From NCBI GenBank assembly GCA_013239625.1, contig MU053588.1, positions 521,988-585,987 on the forward strand: a DNA stretch of 64,000 nt. Reading direction: 5' to 3'. The position numbers and the translations under genes were made by a program. Below, one piece after another: positions 25,708 to 38,272 of this stretch. The DNA comes from Lama guanicoe (Eukaryota). The notes under the pieces were generated by a model. It had not been told where the DNA came from and ran no database searches. It saw only the letters and a program-made list of their open reading frames with translations. How positions within the stretch are numbered: position 1 is the first letter of the stretch; each line of letters opens with the position of its first letter.

Positions 25708-26249
25708 GTAAGTTGGTGTTTCCTTCTCATTGAAACAATGTGATGTAAATGTTTTCATTAATTGTTCTGAAGTTTTCCACCCGAAAGAACCCAGTCAATT
25801 ATCTCCTTCCCAGTTCCTCCTATACCAGTAAACAAGGGTTTCAAATAATCCAGTGTCCTTATATGGCTCAGTCTTCTTTAACCAGTATTGATATACTCAC
25901 TGTCCAGACTATTCATTATCTCTTATGTGCCCAACTTATATCAAGAGCAGTGATGGAGGAATGAAGAAATCAAGTCCTATAAAGAAATCATTAGCTTCCC
26001 ATGTCAGGACGAATTAGATGCATTAGATGTGAGGATCCCATTTGGCCAAATGTGGAAGGACTCTGATGTTCTCACAGACATGAGTTTTCTAGGTACATGT
26101 GATAAAGCCTGATATTGAATGCTCTCTATTTTAGTGCAGGTTGAGATGTAATGTTTTGTGAGGCGTTTAGAACTGAATAGCAATATGATTCAGAACTTGC
26201 AAATATATGGATCATGGTTCTTGGTAAGGAATTTCTAGTTTACATCCAT

Positions 26250-27548
26250 CACCACACATAGTTACAAATGGATTCATTCTGAAATGTGTATCATCCATGA
26301 AACCATTGCTATAGTCAAGATAATAAACAAATCTACCACCCTCAAAGCCTTTGTAAACCTTCCCAACCCTCCCTGCCTCCTCCTACTCTGTCTCCAGGCA
26401 ATGACTGATCAACTTTGTGTTCAAAGAAATTAGTCTGCACTTTCTAGAACTGTATGCATATAAATGTAATCAAACAGTTCACACTCTAATTTCTTCCTCT
26501 CAGCATAACTGAAATTCATCCATGTTGCTGCATATCAGTTCAATCCAATATACAGTTGAGTAGTATTCCATTATATGGATATATCATAATTTACTTATCC
26601 TCTGCTGTCAACAGACACTGGGGTTGTCCCAGTTCTGGGCTACTATGAATAAAGTGCTGTGAGCATTCCTGTGAAAGTCTCTGGGTAAACAGCTAGGTGT
26701 CGCTAAGTAGAATGGTTGTCTGCTTGTATGTTTGACTTTGAATGAACTGCCAGGCTGTCTTCCAGTTTTTAAAACTATTTTACTTTCCCACTAGTAATGT
26801 AATGACAGTTTCAATGATTCCACGTCGCTGCCACCCTTATTTTCAGTCTTTTGAATTTTAGCCATTCCCTCTAAATCCTTTTTTAGCCAAATGTCACAAA
26901 TTTTGATGTGTTCTATATTCGTTATTATTCAGGTAAATACATTTGAAGTTCCACTTGAAATTTATTCCTTGTCTCATGTAAATATGTATTGCTTAATTTC
27001 CAAACATTTTCCAGATAGTTGTTATTAGGTTTTTAATAATTCAGTTGTGGTCTGAGAATCTATTTTGTGTGACTGGATATTTCTAAATGTATTGAGAATA
27101 CAGTTTTATTTCCCAACATATGGTCTATCCTGGGGTGAGTATTCCACATGCACCTAAAAGAATAGGTATTCTGCTCCTGTTGGGTGGAGTTTTCTATAAC
27201 TGTCAATTAGGTCTCCTTGGTAGGGCTGTATTCTCTGTCTTTACTGATTTGCTATCCATTTACTGAGAATTGTTGAAGTCTCCCGAGTATAATTTTTTTT
27301 CTTTTTCTTCTCAGTTGTTAGTTTTGTTTCCTATGTTTTAAAGTTGTTATTATGTACAGTCACACTTGTTATGTGGGCTTAAGGAGCTGGCTACTTTATA
27401 ATTATGAAACAACCTTCTAATCCTGGTAATATCCCTTGTTTTGAAATCTATTTTGATATTATCAGAGCCACTACAGCTTTCTTTGGATTAGTGTTTCCAT
27501 AATATTCTCTTGTCTATCCTTTTACTTTTGATCTATCATGTATTTATT

Positions 27549-27590
<42 letters not shown>

Positions 27591-27700
27591 TACATATATA
27601 TATGAGTTTCTGATAGTGTGTAGTATTGTCTTCCTCTTTTTTTTAAAGACTGCTTGACAATCCTTTTAAATTGTAATCATTAAATAATTTATAATTGATG
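26250..27700 (-). mobile_element. Old L1 (L1ME/L1MC-type) fragments
   Basis: Antisense 3'UTR and ORF2-like motifs (GAGTAGTATTCCATTATATGGATATA, ATATGGTCTATCCTGG, TATTCTGCTCCTGTTGGGTGGAGT). Confidence 0.6.
27549..27603. repeat. Compound (TA)n(CA)n microsatellite
   Basis: Read directly from the sequence. Confidence 0.95.
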
Positions 27701-27709
27701 TAATTATAT

Positions 27710-27862
27710 CAGTGGTTCTAAAACTCTAACATGTATGATTCACTTGGAAAGCTTGTTAAACCATACTCTCCTGGGCCCCATCCCCAACATTTTTGGGTGG
27801 GGCCCATGATGCCATAATTCTACCAAGCTCACAGGTCTTTATAATGCTGGTCTAATAACCAC
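27710..27862. mobile_element. MER5-like hAT-Charlie MITE
   Basis: CAGTGGTTCTAAAACT...TGGAAAGCTTGTTAAA...CTGGGCCCCATCCCC...ACCACT. Confidence 0.55.
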
Positions 27863-28344
27863 TTGTCTGTGTATTTACATTTGAATGGATCATTGGTGCA
27901 TTGTTTTCCATCTGCCTCTGTTGCTTGTTTCCTTTTCCCACTTTCTTGCCTTGTCTTAAAATATTTCTTTTTTTGCATTTCCACTTTGACTTTTAAATGA
28001 TTATTCTAGGATTTCTACTATGTATGTTGTTGATCACAGTCTATCTTCAAATAATGTTGAATAACCTAATATATAAGAATATCAAAAAGTGTATTTACCA
28101 TTCCCCCTCTTATCCTTTGTGTTGTTTTTGATCATATATTGCACTTCTGCTTATATTATAGATCCTACAATGCACTGTTATTTCTGCTTTACACATTTAA
28201 TCCTCTTTTAAAGAAATTTTAAAAATTCACTCTTTCATCACTTCTCGTCCAAAATTCTTATACCTGGCAGACATAACCTAAGGGGAGCTCCCAGAACTGC
28301 TTTTTTTCTATTATTTTATACCAAGAGGATATACAGTTTCATTG

Positions 28345-28468
28345 GAATTCATCCATGCCCATTCACTTATATACTATCAATGGCTACTTTCCACTATAAC
28401 AGCAGAACTTAATGGAGCAAAAAATATTTATCACGTGGCACTTTATTAAAAAGTTTGCTGATCCTCAG
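28345..28468. mobile_element. MER58-like hAT MITE fragment
   Basis: CCATGCCCATTCACTTAT..CAATGGCTACTTT..AAAATATTTA..AAAAAGTTTGCTGATCCT. Confidence 0.5.
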
Positions 28469-28770
28469 TTTATCGTACTAGAAGAATTATCAGTAGGAGA
28501 AAACTTGGTCTGCAAAATGGAAAACTAGAAGGAAGAAAGAGAATGAAGTGAAATATGAAATTAAAAGGTAGAAATATGTTTAATGTAAAAATAACAAAAT
28601 TTATGAATGACTCAACAGCTGAAAGACACTGGATGTTTTTACAGTTTTGAAATTATATTGCCTAGAGACACAAACATAAAGAAATGTTTTTTAAAAATTA
28701 GAAAATATATACTGAGAAATATGAATGAAAAAGAAAGATGGAAGAACAATCAATATGGAACATAATTGAA

Positions 28771-28890
28771 TTTTTTCTTTTTGTTTGTTTATTTTGTGGG
28801 GAGTAATTAGGTTTACTTATTTGATGGAGGTTATGGGGAATGAACCCAAGACCTCATGAATGCTAGGCATGCACTTTACCACTCTCCCTC
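28771..28890 (-). mobile_element. tRNA-derived SINE (Vic-1-like, camelid)
   Basis: Reverse complement reads GTGGTAAAGTGCATGCCTAGCATTCATGAGGTCTTGGGTTCATTCCCCATAACCTCC...AAACCTAATTACTCCCC with A/B-box-like motifs and an A-rich tail. Confidence 0.75.
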
Positions 28891-28904
28891 TTCTTTTTCC
28901 TTCT

Positions 28905-29520
28905 AAAGAGACTTTTTTTAGAGCTGTTTGAGGTTCAAAATTGAGAAAAAAATACAGTTCCCATATACTCTCTGCTTTGGCACTGACACAGCCTCCTGTG
29001 GTATCAACATTCCGCACCAAAGTGGTGCATCTGTTACAACTGATGAAACTACACTGATGTGTTATTATCACCCAAAGTCCACAGTTTACATGACGGTTCA
29101 CTGTTGGCATTCTGTGTGCTGGATAAATATATGATATGTACCCACCATTATGGTGTCATACAAAATCATTTCACTGCCCTAAAACTCCTCTATGCTTCTC
29201 CTATTCATCCTTTTCTTTCCAATCCTCTGGTAACCACTGATCTTTTGATCATCTCCCTAGTTTTGCCTTTTACAGAATGAGAAATACTTGGAATCATATA
29301 GTACAGAGCCTTTTCAGGTTGACTTCTTTCATTTAGTAAATGCAGTTAAGGTTCCTCCATGTCTTTTCATGGTTTGATAGCTCATTTCTTTATAGCACTG
29401 AATAATATTCCATTGTCTGGGTGTACCACAGTTTATCCATTCAACTACTGTAGGACATCTTGGTTGTTACTAGGTTTTGGCAATTATGAAAAAGCTGCTA
29501 TAAACATTTGTGTGAAAACT
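28905..29520 (-). mobile_element. L1MC-type 3' end
   Basis: Reverse-complement homolog of 53830-54392 (CACCCAAAGTCCACAGTTTACAT, TTTCACTGCCCTAAAA). Confidence 0.7.
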
Positions 29521-30245
29521 TTGGGTAGTAATGTAGGCTTGTACAACATAACAAAATGGATAAATTTCCATACCTTTCGGTCTACTGATGTCCTGTGCCC
29601 TGTCTCCCAATGTTTGTTTGTCTCTTATTAATGATCTTATCATACTGTACATCCTGTTTTTTAATCTTATTTTTCTATTGAGAGTGTATCTGGAATATTA
29701 TCCATGTCTTTAAATGTGTTTTCGTACTTAGCACTTAGAGGCTGCTTTGTATTCTGTTGCAGGTATATTCGGTATTTAACTAATCAGCTTGGTTGGACTC
29801 AAAACACAGAACCAGGGCTAAGCACTTCCTTCTATGTTATGTTCATTTTCCATATATTGACCATCTTCAGCTGACCCTGAGGCCATAAAAGAACCTCTAG
29901 TTTGGATGATGTGGTCTCTTGAATGGTGGGAGTGAAGGCAGGTGGATCTACTCATGGAAAGACTGTGCAGTCCCATCTCAGGTCTAAATTAGCCTCCCCA
30001 GCATGGGAGCTTGTCCAGGAAATCTCCTGCTCCTGTGTTTGGATCTCGTTTCAATGCAGAAGTGGCTTATGCTACAACTACTTTTGCGTAGCAGGGTGTC
30101 CTGGGATTTTGGGGAGAGCTTAGATCCATCTTCTATATTTCCTTAAATTGTGTGTGTTAATTTTGGAAGAAGAAATGGAAGAACAAAAAGATTTTACTAA
30201 ATTAAGTCATATATGGGGACACTGAAACCTTTTTTCCTCTCTCAG

Positions 30246-30333
30246 TTCTGGATTTGCAGGAGTCTGAATTATTCTCAATGGAGGAAGACCGAGGAGAACT
30301 GATCAGGTCTTACCTTCTAAAACCATGACCTAT
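30246..30333 (+). pseudogene. ZNF573: ZNF573-like start exon (coding 30325-30333, MTY)
   Basis: Acceptor ttcctctctcag|, then ...CTGATCAGGTCTTAC..TCTAAAACC ATG ACC TAT|gtaagt. Resembles recalled human ZNF573 LIRSYNSKTMTC. Confidence 0.8.
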
Positions 30334-31617
30334 GTAAGTTGATTATTCCTGTCTCCTTGCAGTATTATGATTTATGTGGATTTTTTCATTAATTAATCTA
30401 AAGCTTCCTACTCTTAAAAGGGTCTCATTCAATTATCTACTCCCCACTTTGTCCTAAAATCAGAAAAAATGACAGCAAATAGCTCAAGTTTCCTCCTTAT
30501 GAGTGTTTGCTATCCAATGTTTGTGTATTTATTTTCCAGTGTTCTCAGTCCATTTATGTGCTTACTCTTCAAAGTCTATAATGGAGCAGTAAAGGAGTGA
30601 ACTCCCATGAGGGAAGTATTTGAGTTTCCTTGATAGGTTTGAGGTTTGATGAATTAAGAGATGTTAGTCCTATTTAATTACCATTGGTAAACTCTGAAAT
30701 TCTCCACAGACCCAAGTTTTCCAGACAGATTAAGATATAAATTGGTATCAGTTGGTTTCAGTCTTAGTATGTGATGAGATCTCATATTCTTTGAGAATTT
30801 TAGACTGGTTAGAAACATTTATGTAATGCATCTTACCAAGGAATTATGAAGAGGAACATGTGGTTGAATGTGATCTCTTAAATCTGACTGACAGCTATTT
30901 GATTATGACTCATCCTACATTATACATTTAGGAATAAGAAAAATGTTGAGTGAGTGATGGAAGATGGCAATGAATGAGAATATTATCCTAAGGGATAAAT
31001 GCACTGATTTCTAGAATTGATGAAGACTTTCAGAATTTTGTGTGTTTAAAACCAAGCGTGTAAATGTGAAGGATGGATTAAGTGTGAGATATCCAAAATA
31101 AAATAGATTGTTATGTAGGCAAAATTTGTCAAAACAAAGAAAAAATGCTTATAGTATGCCCTGACAAAGGATGAATTTGAGGCTTGTAGAAATACTTTTT
31201 TTCAAAAACTTTTTTTAATATGGAAATTTTTATATTCAAACTGGGAGAGTGGGAGGGAAATCTCATCTTTCTTTTTTAAACTCTAAAGGGAAAATAATTT
31301 AGAACCTCACATTTATTGAGAATTAATATATTGTGCAACTAGCTGACTATGTGGTTACATCTTATATTTTATTGAATAGGGAAAGTTTGATTTTATCCAG
31401 TCCCCCTGCAGGTCCGAGTTACTGTGATAGCCTACAAGCTACAGAAAGATTTGTCTGTAGCAATAGGATTCTTCAGGAATATGTAGACAATCTCCTTTCA
31501 TCTTCTAGCCCACTTGTACTGTATCACTCCCTTCCTCTAAGGCACTCCTATGATCTCCTGTCTTTCTGTTTTGAAAATGTTTTTTAAATTTCATACTACC
31601 TGGATTTGAAGTTTCAG

Positions 31618-31789
<172 letters not shown>

Positions 31790-32702
31790 TAATTTCAACA
31801 CAGTGAATTTCAAAGCTGTCTTTTAAGACATGAGCTGAATTCTTTTTCTTATTCCCAGAGGAAGCTTTGAGGTGTGTCAGTTTGGCAATGCCCCTGTCAT
31901 TAACCATCATCATCTTCTTTTTTAGTGACATTCACATGTCTTGTGACTGTGGCTCTTCTTGAAATTGCCTCCCCTTCTTAATGGCCAAGGGGCTGTGTCA
32001 TCCTCTGATCCATCTGCAGGGACAACAGTTAGATGTAGATTCATGATTGGCCATAGCAGAAGAGTCTCTATGACTTACATAGTGGTAGATTTGATGAACA
32101 GTATTCATTTAAAACTGGAGAGCCCGCATTTCATTTCCTGCAACCAATTTTATATGATTTGTGTTTGAAAGTTCCAGTTCATGAACATTGCACTTATGAT
32201 TGAATTAATATTCTGTAAATGAATCGGAATGCTTCTTGTCTTCCTCTTACAGAAATGGAATCATTATAATTAGTATTAAGTCCCAGAACTCTTCCTAGGG
32301 GGTGTATCTATACATCTAATCATCAATCATATGATAATAACATTGTCATATGCATTTTACTTGCCAACATTGTGGAACAGTGTGTTGAAATGACTTGCTT
32401 AAAGTCGTGGGGTTGATAGGTATTAGAGGAAGAATATGTGCTCAGACCCTCTGGTTCCAGAGTGTTCTCAAACACTGTTAACCTTTTTGGTCACTTTGTT
32501 AAACTCTCTTAAGAGGCAGAGTCTACCTGAGTTTAAAATAAAGTTTCACCAGACCTGCCTGGTTTCTTAAATCATCTCATCTTTCTATTATCTGAAGTCT
32601 TTATTGATAACAGTTAACCTTTATTTCATTACAAATTTAACCAAAGCTAAAGATTTTGTTTTCATTTTTATGCCATGTGGCATTTTTTTTTCTTCTAAGC
32701 AG

Positions 32703-32798
32703 TACATTCCACTTCTAAGCCAGATGTGGCTGACTTATCAGAGCAAGGAAAAGAGCCTTGGATGACTTTGAGGGAAGGAACACAAAGCCAGTACACAA
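32703..32798 (+). pseudogene. ZNF573: KRAB-B exon
   Basis: Tandem acceptor taag/cag. The 96-nt exon encodes HSTSKPDVADLSEQGKEPWMTLREGTQSQYT; donor GTAAGG at 32799. Confidence 0.9.
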
Positions 32799-33129
32799 GT
32801 AAGGAAGGCGAGGAAGGAAAAAGGAAGCCATCAGGGCTGGTAGCAAGCTGTGTGGTGAGGGAGAGGAGATAATGTCTCTGTGTTGTTTGTAAAGCGCCCC
32901 ACTCCCACCCCTGCGCTAGGCACCAGGACTTGTGGAGCACTGGCTTGTGACCTGGGGAGGAAATAAAGGCCTCAGCGTGAGCTATAGAAGAAACTTAAAC
33001 ATTACTCCATTTAAAAATCACCTTATTTCTCTTATATCTCAAACCCATTCTAAATGATGGGGAGTCTCATTTTTCATTAGTACAATATTTAATCTGTATG
33101 TTGTATTCAACTGCTCTCCAGTTTCCCTT

Positions 33130-33600
33130 TTGTGTGAACACACACACACACATCAATGCAATGATAGTGAGCAAGACTTATAAGGTCCTTGCTTTCATGG
33201 AATTTACATCTTACTAGAGTGAGCAGGAATACAAATAGATAAATAATGTTAGGCTGTAGAATGTAAAGAGAGGTTGGCCCACTTACAGTGGTTGTGGATG
33301 CCTTTTCTGAGGTGGTAATGTTTGAGAAGAGACATAACATAAGGGCCCAGGCCATGTGTCTGTCTGGGAGGAACACTGCAAGCTGAATGAACGAACAGAT
33401 TGGAAGGCTCAGGAGATGGCTGGGGCAGTGGTGGAAAGGGAAGTGGAGCCTGGAGCAGGGGCACTGAAGAGAGCTTTGTGAGTTCAGGAATCACCAGTGT
33501 AGACCAGAATAGAGGTCCTTAGGGGAGAGTAATAAGAAATGAAGTCACACTGTTAGGAGGAATCAGATCATATTAAGTTTTATTGTATTTGAATTGTTCA
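33130..33600 (+). mobile_element. L2 fragment
   Basis: GTCCTTGCTTTCATGGAATTTACATCTTACT, TTCTGAGGTGGTAATGTTTGAG and GTCTGGGAGGAACACTGCAAG are L2-like. Strand uncertain. Confidence 0.5.
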
Positions 33601-35256
33601 GGATAATAAGTATTTGAATCAATCATGTAATCTGTTTTTCTAATTTTTAATTTTCTAAACCATTATTAAAAAATAATAGATAGATACTGAGAATCACATA
33701 AAACAAAAGTTTAGCATAATGAGTTGTGTAGGGCAGACATCACTACACTAAAGTCAGGCGATAACATTTTTAAAAAACTAATTATTTTGAAATAATTTCA
33801 GAGTCACAGAAAGGTTGTAATAGTCATACAAATGATTCTTGTATACCTTTCAGCCAGTCTTTCCAAATGAGGAAAGGAGCTTTTCTAGTCAACCTGAGGC
33901 CCTCCACATGTCTCTACTTAGTCACAATCTTTTACCTCCTGCAAGTGTAACTGCTCTTCTGATTTTAATGGGAATAAGTTCCTTCCCTTCTTTCTCCCTC
34001 CCATTCCTTTATGTCTTTTAAGTCTTTTTTAATCTCTACATTTCCTCAACTCTTTTTATTCCTAACCATCTAATTGCTGAAGAAACAGTATCTTCCATTC
34101 TGTTCTTTGCTGATGCCATTCTAAGATTTACTCAAGCACATTCTCTGACCTCTCTGTATCCTCTAAATAAGTTTTGGGATCTAGAAGCTTAATGAGATTC
34201 ATATTCTTTTTTTTTTCATTTTTGCAAGATGACATCCTGGGCAGTGTTGCACATATGATATGTCAGCACTACTGAGTGCTGGCTCCCCACATACCAGACA
34301 GAACTGAGCTTACTGCTCACTTACCACCTCTGCTTTGGTAGTGTCTCATAGGGGAAGGGCAAGGTTGGATGTTACTGGCAATCGGAAGTTTGGTTTTAAG
34401 GCCAGTCTTTCAGTGTGGAGACTGGATTAGGAATTGGGTGAAGATCAAAATACAACAGTGGAAAATTAGTGGAAATGGCTAGGTAAGAATTTTGACTAGA
34501 GAGTCAAAGAATCCTAGAACACAAACTCTGTTGTTTTCCACTGAAGAGTTGATAGATCTTTCAGGAACTTCCTGTAATGAACAGTCAAGCCATTTGCCTG
34601 CACAAGAAACTCCAGGAAGGTAAAATTGTGCTAATGAAGGCAGTGGGAGAGTAATGTCACATGAAGGTAGACAGGCAGGTACATTCAGGGATTAACTGTC
34701 CCAGTTCTCGGTGTCCAGGCTGAGTCGGGCAGTAGCTGGTGTAAGTTCTTAGCACATGCTGTCTGGTTGTCTTTCTGGGATTTTAGCTGGCATTGATTCT
34801 GGGTGCCTAGGTACAGTAATTCATTAGACACTCCAAAATGATCATATTTTCATTCCAACATTCATTTTCACTTGTTGGTAGAAATAATGTACAATTTTTA
34901 CATCATCTACTACTTGATAATATACTGAGAGTTTTTATGATAACAGCTAAATAAATACTGGATTCTTTCCCTTTATCTTTAGAACAGCTAAACAGTTGTG
35001 TTATCTTAGCATCCTTCCCAGGTGACCAGACAGTTATTTTATTGTCATTATACATTTATAGATTTAGGCATATTGATTGTATCTCTGTCCATTGTCATTA
35101 TAATCTTGATTATTGCTCAAATTTCTGCTTCTTGGGTTACTGGACCTCGTAATGTTGCCCTTCAAGTCCTTTAGATCCTATTAGTCTTTAATAGCTTATT
35201 TACTGTCTGTTATGACAAGATGTTTGAGGTCTACCTTGTATATTTTTTGTCCCAAG

Positions 35257-35443
35257 CTTTTTTTTGTGTATATATATATATTTATTGAAGTATAGTCAGT
35301 TTACAATGTTGTGTCAATTTCTGGCATACAGCACAATGCTTCAGTCATACATGAACATACATATATTCGTTTTCATATTTTTTTCACCGTAAGTTACTAC
35401 AAGATACTGAATATAGTTCCTTATGCTATACAGTATGAACTTG
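35257..35443 (-). mobile_element. Very short 5'-truncated young L1 3' end
   Basis: Reverse complement of the 18.6-18.75 kb L1 3'UTR; TSD TTGTCCCAAG (35247-35256 / 35444-35453). Confidence 0.88.
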
Positions 35444-36974
35444 TTGTCCCAAGTTATGGCTTTTAATGAGCCATAAGTCTGAGAATTTTTGGTTTCATTT
35501 AGTGGAAAGTGATCTTTCAAGAAAGACCACAATCTGCATGCTGGAGGCACCCACTTTTTCTGTTCTTGTGTCAAATCTGGAATGCCATTTTGTGTGCAGT
35601 CATGTTTCTCTAGTCTTTTCAAATCTATGGCAATTTCATGGACTTTCATGTCTTTCCTGTCCTTGATACTTTTTAAGAGTACAGTTATTACATAGACTAT
35701 TCCTCAGTTTGGATTGGTCTGATACCTTGCTCAAAAGTAGATGAGATTGATCACTTTTGGTAACTATTCCACAGAAGAGATGGTATGTCTTTCTCAGGGC
35801 ATTCTATCAGAGGGTCAGATTGTGGACATATATTATTACTGGAGCTATTAACCTTGATCATTTGGTTAAGGTGCTTTCTGCCAGGCTTCTCTACTGTAAA
35901 GGGACTTATTTTTCCTTTATAACTGATAAATATCTTGGGGGAGATACTTTGAGATAATGCAGATAACCTATTTCTCCTGCAGTTTTCACCCATTGATTTT
36001 TAGCATCCATCAGTGGATTTCGCTTGGACTAATTCTTACTGCAATGTTTGCCTGATGGTGATTTTGTCCCTCCTACTACATTTATTAATTGGAATTCTTA
36101 TGTAAGGAAGAATTCTCTCTTCTCCCTTTTTATTTATTTATTCATTTATTTATATCAGTGTGGATTTACAGTTTATTTTATTCCTTAGGTTTTAATCTAA
36201 TAGTATAAACACTAATTTTTGTTCAGCTTTTGCTTTTGGGAGCTTTTTGGGGTTGGTGCCTGTGGTCTTTGACATGTCCCTATCCTTTAGTGAGCATCTC
36301 TTACCTTCTGGCACTGCAGGGTACTCCAGGGTCATCTTATATTTTCTTTGCTCTAGTTCTGGACTCACCTACCTCTCTAAGGTGCCCTAGTTCTTTTTTA
36401 TTAGAGAATGGCATTTAGAAATCCAAACTTGGGCACTAGGTGTAGTCATTGCTCCTGGGATGTCATGGCTGCCAGGCCTTGTTAGCTGACAGAGCCGGAA
36501 AATGTGTATGAATGTGTGCCAATATGGCTTGCCACTTCAGGATATTTTCCTGTTATTTCAAAGCTGGAACACCAAAACATGCTTCACACAAATCTTAAAA
36601 CTCTAAATCACATGTTTGGACAATTTCAGCCTTCATAGTTTTAAAGAGACTAAAGTCAATTGCATTTCTCATCACTGATACTGAGAGAAAATATTTTCTT
36701 CATTTCATTATGTTCAAATTAAATATAAACTAATGCAGTTGCTACACTAGCAGTAATATCTAAACATTTATCCATTTGCAGTGAAAATGACCAAAGACCA
36801 ACCAGTGAAGATAGTTTTGCCATCATTAAATTTAATTTTTACCAACTCTAACTTAAACTATAAATTTAAAAAATAATTTGAAAATCATAATAATGATTTA
36901 AAAAATTAGCCTTAAAACTTTTATTAAATTTTTTTTACAAACTTTTGGGTTACAGTTACTGGATATTAAATGAA

Positions 36975-38272
36975 TATCCAGAAATCTGTGGCATTTCTAT
37001 ACACTAACAATGAAATATCAGAAAGAGATTAAGGAAGTAATCCTATTTACCATCACATCAAAAACAATAAAATACCTAGGGATGAACCTACTTAAAGAGG
37101 CAAAAGACCTATACTCCAAAAGCTAACTTTTTAAAAACCAGTTCACAAATGGAAATAAGCATTTAGAATCTTTTATTGCAAGTGTGTGTTCAGTGGACTC
37201 AGTGCATGGGGAGTGTTATTGTTCCTGAAACTATTCCAAAAAATAGCAGAAGAAGGAACGCTTCTGAGTTCATTCCACGAGAACACCATCACCCTGATAC
37301 CAAAACCATACAAAGATACCACATACACAAAAAGAAAATTACAACCCAATATCACTGATAAATATAGACACAACAATCCTCAACAAAACATTAGCAAACT
37401 GAATCCAACAATAAGGAAGCAATCCCATTTACCATTGCATCAAAAAGAATAAAATACTTAGGAATAAACCTACTTAAGTAGGTAAAAGACCTGTACTCCA
37501 AAAACTTTGAGACGCTGATGAAAGAAATTGAAGAGGACACAAACAGATGGAAAGATATACCATGTTCTTGGATTAGAAGAATATTGTTAAAATGACCACA
37601 CTACCTAAGGCAATTACAGATTCAGTGCAACCCCTATCAAGTTACCAATGACATTTTCATAGAACTGGAGGACATTTTAAAATTTGAATGGAAAAGACCC
37701 CAAATAGCCAAAACAATCTTGAGAAAGAAGAACGGAACTGGAGGAATCATGCTCCGTGACTTCAGACTATATCACAAAACTACAGTAATCAAAGCAGTAT
37801 GGTACTGGAACAAAAACAGATACATAGTTCAATGGAACAGGATAGAAAGCCCAAAAATAAACCCATGCACTTATGGTCAGTTTATCTACAACAAAGGAGA
37901 CAAGAATATACAATGGAGAGAAGACAGTCTCTTCAACAAGTGGTGCTGGGAAAAGTGGACAGCTTACATATGAAAGAGTGAAACTAGAACTTTCTCTAAC
38001 ACCGTATATAAAAGTAAACTCACAATGGATTATAGACCTAAATGTTAAGAATGGGTACTGTAAAACTCCTGGAGGAAAACATAAGCAGAACACTCTGACA
38101 TAAATTGCAGCAATATTTTTTGGACCCATCTCCTAGAGTAATGGAAACAAAAACAAGCTAATGGGACCTAATTAAACTTAAAAGCTTTTGCACAGCAATA
38201 GAAACCGTAGACAAAACGAAAAGACAACTTATGGACTGGGAGAAAATATTAGCAACGATACTATTGACAAGG
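36975..38272 (+). mobile_element. L1 ORF2 fragments with internal deletions and a repeated segment
   Basis: LKLFQKIAEEGTL..ITLIPKP and [30 protein letters not shown]; ~37038-37121 resembles ~37421-37503. Confidence 0.85.

Noticed and set aside
28820..28890. tRNA gene
   Set aside because: A/B-box-like motifs belong to a SINE head with tail; no complete cloverleaf.
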